The position numbers were made by a program, and so were the translations under genes. A model generated the notes under the pieces. The model was given only the letters and a program-made list of their open reading frames with translations, ran no database searches and was not told the DNA's origin. A DNA stretch of 48,907 nucleotides, from the NCBI GenBank assembly GCA_030641115.1, contig DAOWID010000023.1, forward strand, positions 1 through 48,907, in the 5' to 3' direction. Below are positions 42,880 through 48,907 of the stretch, piece after piece; the first letter of the stretch is position 1, and each line of letters opens with the position of its first letter. This stretch comes from Planctomycetota bacterium. Its GTDB lineage: Bacteria > Planctomycetota > Phycisphaerae > Sedimentisphaerales > Anaerobacaceae.

Positions 42880-43199
42880 TACACCGCAACCCCCATAAGC
42901 TTATCTTCCCGGACTTCGGAATGTCTCAGTATATCACTAAATCCTTTATTTGCCTCACCGTTACGCCAGAAACCTTGAAGTACGTTATCTGGCAAAGAGA
43001 ACCGTGTACTGCAAGCTCCGCATTTGCCTTCAATTTCCATCCACTTGCTGCCACCTATACTCTTGCGTGAAAAGTACAAATCTTCAGAGGTACAGACCGG
43101 ACAGAACAATTTCTCCTCTTGCCTGATATGCTTTTCCACATCCAGCGCGGCGTGCAAAGCTGCCGATACCGTTTTGTTCGGTAGATAGACCAGTATCAT
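42879..43199 (-). CDS. Hypothetical zinc-ribbon protein
   Basis: 106 aa. CPVC...CGAC. Confidence 0.55.
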   Translation of the reverse strand: MILVYLPNKTVSAALHAALDVEKHIRQEEKLFCPVCTSEDLYFSRKSIGGSKWMEIEGKCGACSTRFSLPDNVLQGFWRNGEANKGFSDILRHSEVREDKLMGVAV

Positions 43200-43239
43200 A
43201 CCTATAATATCGGCATAAAGTGAGGTGGCAACTTAAGTT

Positions 43240-43653
43240 CTAATGGCCACGCTCAGCCTCTAAATCCATCAAAGCGCTGTGGCTATCAGCCTTCCGGGCC
43301 TCGGCTTTCATCTTCTTCAGGGTCCGAATAAGTATGCGATTCCGTCGATGTCCCCCTTTTTCTGAGAGTCCAGTTATTATGCGATTAATGGTATCGTAAG
43401 GTAATAAAACCCCCACTACTGGCTTGTCTCTGTCCAGCCTGGTCAACTCATCCCATAGTATCCCGTTTGTAGTTCTCAGGAGTTCTATGGTTCGTTCGAG
43501 ACGCTGCTCGCCATTCAGAAACCCTAATCGGTAGAACGTCCGTTCGGTTTCAGATATTTTGCGACGTTTCTTCTGTTTCGCTATCTTTGCCTTCATCCTC
43601 GGCGTCCTTGCCTTCAGTTGTTGCTGCTTTGTCTCCCTCTTGCTGCTCATCAT
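43240..43653 (-). CDS. Hypothetical basic protein (start uncertain)
   Basis: 137-aa track ORF that overlaps the upstream gene by 104 nt. An internal ATG at 43596 is possible. Confidence 0.45.
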   Translation of the reverse strand: MMSSKRETKQQQLKARTPRMKAKIAKQKKRRKISETERTFYRLGFLNGEQRLERTIELLRTTNGILWDELTRLDRDKPVVGVLLPYDTINRIITGLSEKGGHRRNRILIRTLKKMKAEARKADSHSALMDLEAERGH

Positions 43654-44116
43654 ACATCTTCGCCTTCAGCAGCGACTCAAGTGTTAGTTCTTGTGCTTTT
43701 GAAAATCTACCCGTTGCTGTACGCTCTAATTGTTCAATCTGCTTTTCCAAGCCGTCAGCTTCCCGCCCTATGTTTGCGACTACATCGGCCTTGCTTTCAC
43801 AATTCAGCATCGCCAGTATTGTCTGTGTTGTCGAGTGGAGTTCGTGTGCGGCCTCTCGTAAGTAGGCAGTGTCAGCCTCTATCATCAGGCGGCGCGATTC
43901 AAATTTGCTTATTCGCTCCCGCATCTGCCACATGGCAATCATAACATTGCGGTTGCGCTTCTTCTCCCCAACTAGCTCTTTCTGTATTTCAGCCCTAAAC
44001 TCGTTCTTTAATTCACGTTCGGCCATTTCTGTGGCCTCCTTTCTTCGTAAACAACATTTCTTATATTTCCGGCCCGACCCACATGGGCACAACTCGTTAC
44101 GTCCTACTTTTACCAT
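43550..44116 (-). CDS. SEC-C motif protein with a coiled-coil C-terminal part
   Basis: N-terminus [13 protein letters not shown] is the SecA-type metal-binding motif. Confidence 0.7.
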   Translation of the reverse strand: MVKVGRNELCPCGSGRKYKKCCLRRKEATEMAERELKNEFRAEIQKELVGEKKRNRNVMIAMWQMRERISKFESRRLMIEADTAYLREAAHELHSTTQTILAMLNCESKADVVANIGREADGLEKQIEQLERTATGRFSKAQELTLESLLKAKMYDEQQEGDKAATTEGKDAEDEGKDSETEETSQNI

Positions 44117-44331
44117 TATTCAAACAGGCCCCTTTGCTTTTTCTGCAATCTTGTTAGCCTCTTTCGCAGCTCCTTAGTTTCCGCCTTTCTGCATTTCTCC
44201 GAACACTCAAACTTGACACACGCAGGCTCACCCCGCAATCTTGTCTCCTGTCGTTTACTACAGTATTCGCCGTCCCAAAATAAACAGTTTCGGCAGTAAT
44301 ACTGTATCTTGATTTTCGGCGCATCGGTCAT
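44116..44331 (-). CDS. Hypothetical Cys-rich small protein
   Basis: 71 aa. CRNC...C...C..C. Confidence 0.5.
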   Translation of the reverse strand: MTDAPKIKIQYYCRNCLFWDGEYCSKRQETRLRGEPACVKFECSEKCRKAETKELRKRLTRLQKKQRGLFE

Positions 44332-44359
44332 ATCAGCTTTTCCATAACGGCATTTGTCC

Positions 44360-45217
44360 TTATTTTTGCTCTTTTATTCGTTTTTTGCTCAATTCCACTT
44401 GGCTCTCTCGTATATCTATCCCCATCCACCTTCGGCCAAATTTCTCAGCAACGGCTAATGTTGTTCCGCTGCCGGAAAACGGGTCTAATGTGATACCGTC
44501 CGGCGGACAAAATGACTTGATGAAAAACTCTACCACCTGCTCAGCAAACGGGGCTTCGTTCTCGTGCGCAAGTTTACTGCCCATATTACCGCCGCCAACT
44601 TTGCAAGTAAGAATGTTCCCTGGGTTGGCTTTTTTGGGAGGATTATATGCTTGCTCTTCCATCTCCCCACTACATCGCCTTTTTCTATGCAACCTCACCC
44701 CTGTGCGCTTATTTCTCCGATACCCATCTTGTGTTCGATAACTCATCGCACCGCCAGGCTCATATTTGCAAGGCTGTCCCATTGCTGTATTATCCGACCA
44801 GGGCAGCTTGCCGCCGTTGGTGCAACAGATGATAAACTCGTAGTCATTTCTCAGCCAGTCCGGTCCGCCACTTCCAGGAATACCTATGCGGTGATATGCT
44901 GGCGGCTTGCGAAGCGTAATACCTGCCCGATGCAAATCCGCCATCAAGAGAACCGGCGTTGCCGACCACTGAAATTGTCTGGTCCTGCCCTCAACAACAA
45001 AAGCCACTAATCCCTTACAAACCCGCACACACTCTTTGATAATAGGGACCATCCAGTCCACCCAGGCCTGGCCCTTTAGCTTGAAGTCCATATTGTAAAG
45101 CCGTGCATCCTCATAAGGTGGACTACCGAAAACCAAATCCACTGAGCTGGTTGGCATCTCCTTCAGGACATCTTCTGCCCGTCCGCATACAATCTGATTT
45201 ACCGGCAAATCCTTCAC
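44360..45217 (-). CDS. DNA methyltransferase (N6-adenine/N4-cytosine, beta-class order)
   Basis: VDLVFGSPPYEDA (motif IV) comes before LDPFSGSGTTLAVAE (motif I). GTG start in a conserved RBS context. Confidence 0.9.
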   Translation of the reverse strand: MKDLPVNQIVCGRAEDVLKEMPTSSVDLVFGSPPYEDARLYNMDFKLKGQAWVDWMVPIIKECVRVCKGLVAFVVEGRTRQFQWSATPVLLMADLHRAGITLRKPPAYHRIGIPGSGGPDWLRNDYEFIICCTNGGKLPWSDNTAMGQPCKYEPGGAMSYRTQDGYRRNKRTGVRLHRKRRCSGEMEEQAYNPPKKANPGNILTCKVGGGNMGSKLAHENEAPFAEQVVEFFIKSFCPPDGITLDPFSGSGTTLAVAEKFGRRWMGIDIRESQVELSKKRIKEQK

Positions 45218-45486
45218 GGCTTCTCCCTTAGCTCTTGCAGTACCCTCAACATTGCAGCCCTGAAAGCTGCATTACACATTGCCTCGAAGTTCTCAACTTT
45301 GCCAAAAGAATCAAGACATCTTGCAACATCAGCCACCCACGACTTTTTGTATCCAGCAGCCATTACAGTCGCCAATTCCTCAACTGGTTGATGGGGATAT
45401 TTTGCAATTACCTCTTTTCCCACTCCACCTTTTTTGAGTACTTCATACAAAGCGTCTTCTATGTCCTGTTGAATCTGCGTAATCAT
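45214..45486 (-). CDS. Hypothetical small protein
   Basis: ATG at 45486 preceded by GGGAGAAGCCGAT. 90 aa. Confidence 0.5.
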   Translation of the reverse strand: MITQIQQDIEDALYEVLKKGGVGKEVIAKYPHQPVEELATVMAAGYKKSWVADVARCLDSFGKVENFEAMCNAAFRAAMLRVLQELREKP

Positions 45487-45773
45487 ATCGGCTTCTCCCT
45501 TATTCTTAATTCTTCCTGTATTGACTGATATATTCTTAACGCCTGCATCCATCGGGCATCTGGTGGGACTACAAGAAAGTGTCCCCCAAACAGAGCTAAG
45601 GCGGTGTGTCCCTCTTTGCGTGCACAATCCAGCGCGGCCTTGAAGGGATTATTTACTACCTGAAAATCCAGGCCCTCAATAACTCTATCACCAAACAAAA
45701 CATCACACTCGGCGGCAATATCCTCAAGAGACCGCTGGGTGGTTCTGGCTGCAAGCTCGTACAATAAGCTCAT
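45483..45773 (-). CDS. Hypothetical small protein
   Basis: 96 aa, same conserved start context. Ends REKPI. Confidence 0.55.
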   Translation of the reverse strand: MSLLYELAARTTQRSLEDIAAECDVLFGDRVIEGLDFQVVNNPFKAALDCARKEGHTALALFGGHFLVVPPDARWMQALRIYQSIQEELRIREKPI

Positions 45774-45786
45774 ATCGGCTTCTCCC

Positions 45787-45987
45787 TTACTTTCTCGCTG
45801 CCAAGAAACTAATCTTTTTCACGTTTTTATCTTCTGCCATTACCATTTTCCGCATATCACTCAGTCTGAAGGCTGAATTGTTATCAAGATTGTATGCGAT
45901 AATCGCAGACATACAGCCCTTCCTTGGCTTTTTCCAATCGACAAGGGCGGTGCAACTACGACAAACAGTATTTCCGTGTAAGCTCAT
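45787..45987 (-). CDS. Hypothetical small protein
   Basis: ATG at 45987 in the same conserved context. 66 aa. Confidence 0.45.
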   Translation of the reverse strand: MSLHGNTVCRSCTALVDWKKPRKGCMSAIIAYNLDNNSAFRLSDMRKMVMAEDKNVKKISFLAARK

Positions 45988-46814
45988 ATCGGCTTCTCCC
46001 TTTTCTGTAATTCTTCCAGCCATTCGGATGGGTCCTTACTGACCATACCGTTTATACACGCCTGCTTCATATATGTAGGTACACTCGCCTCCTTGCCCTG
46101 CCTGACTATTTTGAGAGCAGCATCTATAAAGCCATCCTGAAACTTGCCCGCCCTGCGCCCGAGTGATTGGCAGCCGAGGACGAGCCAGTCGAGAAGCCTC
46201 AATGATTCATATTCATTGATAACGCCAACTCGGTCTAAGTATTGACGGTATGTTTCCCCTGTGGCTTGATAATGATAAGGCGTCCACCTAAAGTCTATTT
46301 CGCCCAACAATGGCTCAATCGAAAGGCCCAGCTTGATATTGGCAAATCGACTTTTGAGTTCCAATAGGTGTGGTGTCCTCTTGTCCGCTAATTCCTGGTT
46401 CGGTGTGGTTGCCATAATGATTCGGTTGTCCGAAGGCCAGATGATAGACAGGTTCGCTGCAACCCGCTCAACTTGCTTGGTGGTCAATACCCAAACCAAA
46501 TCCGGCCTCTGGCGCATAACATCCCATGCCTCACTCCGCCACTCATCCGCCTGCGGCAAAAAGAAATCAGACCAGGGACAGACAAATACATAACTGCCAG
46601 GTTCCCACTTCCAATTGCGCCTATCCCTCGTCTGTGTCAACGGCTGATGCCAGGTAGCTTTTGATGTCCGCACTACCTTGTACGGATTATGGCCGTACCG
46701 CTTCATTCCCCTGTGCGCATAGCAATTAGCACACGAAGGGTCATCTTTAACGCCCGGACAGCCCATCCACGGGCCCCACGAGTACTCCACATAGTCTATT
46801 CCACTAATGCCCAT
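45984..46814 (-). CDS. Gp37/Gp68-family (DUF5131) protein
   Basis: N-terminus IDYVEYSWGPWMGCPGVKDDPSCANCYA matches the family signature (I.Wt..tWNp..GC...S.GC..CYA). 276 aa. Confidence 0.85.
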   Translation of the reverse strand: MGISGIDYVEYSWGPWMGCPGVKDDPSCANCYAHRGMKRYGHNPYKVVRTSKATWHQPLTQTRDRRNWKWEPGSYVFVCPWSDFFLPQADEWRSEAWDVMRQRPDLVWVLTTKQVERVAANLSIIWPSDNRIIMATTPNQELADKRTPHLLELKSRFANIKLGLSIEPLLGEIDFRWTPYHYQATGETYRQYLDRVGVINEYESLRLLDWLVLGCQSLGRRAGKFQDGFIDAALKIVRQGKEASVPTYMKQACINGMVSKDPSEWLEELQKREKPI

Positions 46815-46843
46815 TGTTCAGTCCTCAAAACCATTTATAATCT

Positions 46844-46948
46844 TCAATTTGGTCTTCCTATAGGGCCTTTTCCCTTTCCCCTACCTAAACCTCGACCTTT
46901 TCCTTTGCTTCTAATTTTAGATTTACCATCACATTTCTTTTTAGCCAT
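46844..46948 (-). CDS. Possible 34-aa Gly/Lys/Arg-rich peptide
   Basis: ATG overlaps the upstream stop. Sequence MAKKKCDGKSKIRSKGKGRGLGRGKGKGPIGRPN. Below the track cutoff. Confidence 0.25.
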   Translation of the reverse strand: MAKKKCDGKSKIRSKGKGRGLGRGKGKGPIGRPN

Positions 46949-47198
46949 CTTTTAACCCTTTCTTTGTCTCGTCAATTACATACACTTTTAATTCCTTCAC
47001 CGTTTTGCCGTGTTTGACGAATTTGCTTTTATAAAACAGGTCATAACCGTGCTTGGCTTGATACTGCCCATAGGGTGCGGAGGACATAATCTCCCACAGT
47101 CGCCAAGCTTTGGTCTTACCACCGCCGTACATTTCGCCGTCGTTAATGTAATGCGTGCGCCAAGTTCGAGTATATTCCCACTCAAACTCCATCTTCAA
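46941..47198 (-). CDS. Hypothetical protein
   Basis: 85-aa ORF, coupled to the upstream gene. Confidence 0.55.
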   Translation of the reverse strand: MKMEFEWEYTRTWRTHYINDGEMYGGGKTKAWRLWEIMSSAPYGQYQAKHGYDLFYKSKFVKHGKTVKELKVYVIDETKKGLKDG

Positions 47199-47812
47199 CC
47201 ACCTTTCTTGTCTTTGAGGGCTTGCTCAGGTAAAATTATTGGCTTCCAGTGGGTTACTTCGCTTAAAATGCCTTGTCCAAAGAGTTCCCATCCCCAATTG
47301 TTTTCCTCCATTTCGCCATAAAAACCCAAGGCCGGCGCTAGGGAATCTACGGCTTTGGCATTTAACAAAACCCACACTGTTGCAACGTTCTTTGGCAATC
47401 TCTCGCTTATGGGTATCCACCGATGTTTTTCCAGCGCCGACTCAAGCTCCGCTATCCGCTGGGCCTGCTCTTTATGATAATCACATTCCTGTAATAGTTT
47501 TCCCTCCTTGCTCCACATACAAGCACAACGGCCAGCAAGGTCGGCTTCAAGTTGCTCGATTATGGCTATCGCAGAGTCGCCGTGAGCTATACCTTTCAGC
47601 TTGTCGTTCTCGCCCTCAAACTCCGCGAGCCGCTGAGCCTGCTTGTTGCTCCAGTTCTTAATGCCCTCCTTGCTGATGTTTTTTAATAGTTCATTTTTAG
47701 ACTTGGCGACGGCGAGGTCGGCTTCTGCTTTTACTAATTTGTTTTTTAAGTCGCCGATTATAATCGTGATGTGTCCATCTAAAGCTGAACCAGCTTTTAT
47801 TTCTTCGCTCAT
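47195..47812 (-). CDS. Coiled-coil protein, member of a 3-gene mosaic paralog array
   Basis: 205 aa. Shares DNA blocks with 47809..48096 and 48093..48476. Confidence 0.6.
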   Translation of the reverse strand: MSEEIKAGSALDGHITIIIGDLKNKLVKAEADLAVAKSKNELLKNISKEGIKNWSNKQAQRLAEFEGENDKLKGIAHGDSAIAIIEQLEADLAGRCACMWSKEGKLLQECDYHKEQAQRIAELESALEKHRWIPISERLPKNVATVWVLLNAKAVDSLAPALGFYGEMEENNWGWELFGQGILSEVTHWKPIILPEQALKDKKGG

Positions 47813-48096
47813 TCTTTCACCTTGTCGTTCTCGCCCTCAAGCTCCGCGAGCCGCTGGGCCTGCTTGTTGCTCCAATTTTTGACACCCTCAATACTAAGCC
47901 TTTCTACAATAAGCCGCTGATTTTTAGGTTTTGTAATCAGGCTTATCGCTGTCGAAATAATGTTTTTTAATACCTCGTTTTTCTCTTTGGCGACGGCGAG
48001 GTCGGCTTGGAGCTTGGCAATCTTGACCTTCTGTGCGTTAGCCAGTGATATGGCCTTCTGTCCCTCTTCGCTGATTAGCATATCTTGCTCGCTCAT
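47809..48096 (-). CDS. Coiled-coil protein, mosaic paralog
   Basis: ATG at 48096 (AGGTGA upstream, ATGA overlap). MSEQDMLISEEGQKAISLAN... Confidence 0.55.
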   Translation of the reverse strand: MSEQDMLISEEGQKAISLANAQKVKIAKLQADLAVAKEKNEVLKNIISTAISLITKPKNQRLIVERLSIEGVKNWSNKQAQRLAELEGENDKVKE

Positions 48097-48476
48097 TTTT
48101 TCACCTTTGCAATCCACTTACCTATAACTCGCCTGCCAAATTCCTTTTCAATAACAAGAAGACCCTTTTCGGCAAGAAAACGCATCGCTTGTGCATTTGT
48201 GCTAATTGCCATACTGTCTAACGTTCCGTCTTGGCACGTACAATTTTGTGAAACGATTTCTTGGTTCAGTTCTACTATATCAACCTCAAGCTCCGCTATC
48301 CGCTGGGCCTGCTCTTTATGATAATCACATTCCTGTAATAGTTTTCCCTTGCTCCACATACAAGCACAACGGCCAGCAAGGTCGGCTTGGAACTCCGCAA
48401 TCTTGGCCTCCTGTGTATTAGCCAGTGAGATGGCCTTCTGTCCCTCTTCGCTGATTAGCATATCTTTCTTACTCAT
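48093..48476 (-). CDS. Coiled-coil protein, mosaic paralog
   Basis: 127 aa. MSKKDMLISEEGQKAISLAN... and LLQECDYHKEQAQRIAELE are shared with the other array members. Confidence 0.6.
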   Translation of the reverse strand: MSKKDMLISEEGQKAISLANTQEAKIAEFQADLAGRCACMWSKGKLLQECDYHKEQAQRIAELEVDIVELNQEIVSQNCTCQDGTLDSMAISTNAQAMRFLAEKGLLVIEKEFGRRVIGKWIAKVKK

Positions 48477-48499
48477 TTTTTCACCTCAAACTTAAAGCC

Positions 48500-48646
48500 T
48501 TAACCAAAAACATATTTAGCAAGCACACAGGGCTTTATTTGGCACTTTTCGCATACTTCTGGATGCTTCTTCAATTGCCTTAAAACTTTCGCTGCCTTTG
48601 CGTGCGTTAATGGTTTATTTGTACAGATTCGTTTTACAGGTTTCAT
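48500..48646 (-). CDS. Possible 48-aa Cys-containing basic peptide
   Basis: ATG at 48646 with GAGG upstream. Sequence MKPVKRICTNKPL...CEKCQIKPC... Below the track cutoff. Confidence 0.3.
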   Translation of the reverse strand: MKPVKRICTNKPLTHAKAAKVLRQLKKHPEVCEKCQIKPCVLAKYVFG

Positions 48647-48648
48647 TG

Positions 48649-48907
48649 TTAATCCTCAAACTTAAAGCCTGGCGGCGCAAGGTGCGCCAGCTTGTCGGAG
48701 CGTTCCTTGAAAAAAGTAGAATATCTTAGTTCGACAACTCTGTATGTATGAACGCCACCCTCGCCACCAACACGGTCCACACAGTAGCCCTTCGGTATCA
48801 GGGCATGGCGAAACTCTTTTAGTCGGGCCTGGTACTGGCCCTTGCCGGCGTCCATCAGCATCTTTGTCGTTACGGGCAAGTTGATTTTGCAGTGGAACTT
48901 GAACAGG
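48649..48907 (-). CDS. C-terminal part of the junction-spanning hypothetical ORF (see 1..266)
   Basis: In frame with 1..266 through the 141-bp overlap. The track ORF 48649..48879 starts at an internal TTG. Confidence 0.5.
   Translation of the reverse strand, partial: LFKFHCKINLPVTTKMLMDAGKGQYQARLKEFRHALIPKGYCVDRVGGEGGVHTYRVVELRYSTFFKERSDKLAHLAPPGFKFED
48767..48907. repeat. Terminal direct repeat (copy 2), identical to 1-141
   Basis: Exact identity with the window start. Confidence 0.95.

Larger units (their letters stand above)
1..48766. mobile_element. One complete circular unit of a temperate, podovirus-like dsDNA phage genome
   Basis: The window ends overlap exactly by 141 bp. Integrase plus attP, terS/terL, portal, scaffold, capsid, fibre, ejection proteins, recombination/replication and lysis-like genes are all present. 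No tape-measure, sheath or tube genes were seen. Confidence 0.85.

Noticed and set aside
1-48907. Endolysin, excisionase, RNA or DNA polymerase, reverse transcriptase, CRISPR/Cas, toxin-antitoxin pairs.
   Set aside because: I looked for their characteristic motifs in all ORF translations and did not find any I could defend. Absence by eye is weak evidence, and profile searches are needed.

Overview
The window is one complete, circularly closed dsDNA phage genome of about 48.77 kb; bases 1-141 are repeated exactly at 48767-48907. It looks temperate and podovirus-like. I find no tape-measure, sheath or tube genes, and the late gene order resembles T7: portal, scaffold, capsid, tail genes, then internal/ejection proteins including a 1849-aa giant. 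About 85 genes are called, and all but two lie on the minus strand.

Reading in the direction of minus-strand transcription:
- **Early region (13567 down to 9763):** a sigma70-like promoter and leader, a tRNA-Met(CAT)-like gene flanked by terminator-like hairpins, a leucine-rich-repeat (LRR) protein built from near-identical 60-bp repeats, and small ORFs.
- **Integration region:** a tyrosine integrase whose 3' end overlaps an attP core that mimics the 3' part of a tRNA-Pro(GGG). Next to it is a 0.69-kb ORF-free, GC-rich, hairpin-dense segment.
- **Orphan and small genes:** a 429-aa orphan protein and a run of small ORFs.
- **Recombination and replication:** Rad52-like annealing protein, SSB, NinB-like protein, YopX, a DUF1376 protein and RusA.
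- **Lysis-like pair:** a lipoprotein with a C-terminal membrane anchor and a 2-TM holin-like protein.
- **Across the circular junction:** three mosaic coiled-coil paralogs, a DUF5131 (Gp37/Gp68) protein, a beta-class DNA methyltransferase and a SEC-C protein.
- **Packaging and virion genes:** terS/terL, a DnaJ-type zinc-finger protein, two small membrane proteins, a beta-helix enzyme with a signal peptide, then portal, scaffold and capsid.
- **Enzyme cassette:** SAM methyltransferase, B12-type radical SAM enzyme and a GT-B-like transferase, sitting between head and tail genes.
- **Tail and ejection genes:** a tail fibre, a LamG-bearing tail protein, a GNAT acetyltransferase, and ejection proteins; the giant one carries an ADP-ribosyltransferase-like domain.

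The only plus-strand genes (13661-14983) are a near-leaderless repressor-like gene and a lipoprotein gene, which fits a lysogeny-maintenance or exclusion island.

The most unusual items are the radical-SAM cassette inside the structural module and the hairpin-dense non-coding segment next to attP. No endolysin was recognised. All functional calls come from motifs read by eye and need HMM or structure confirmation.
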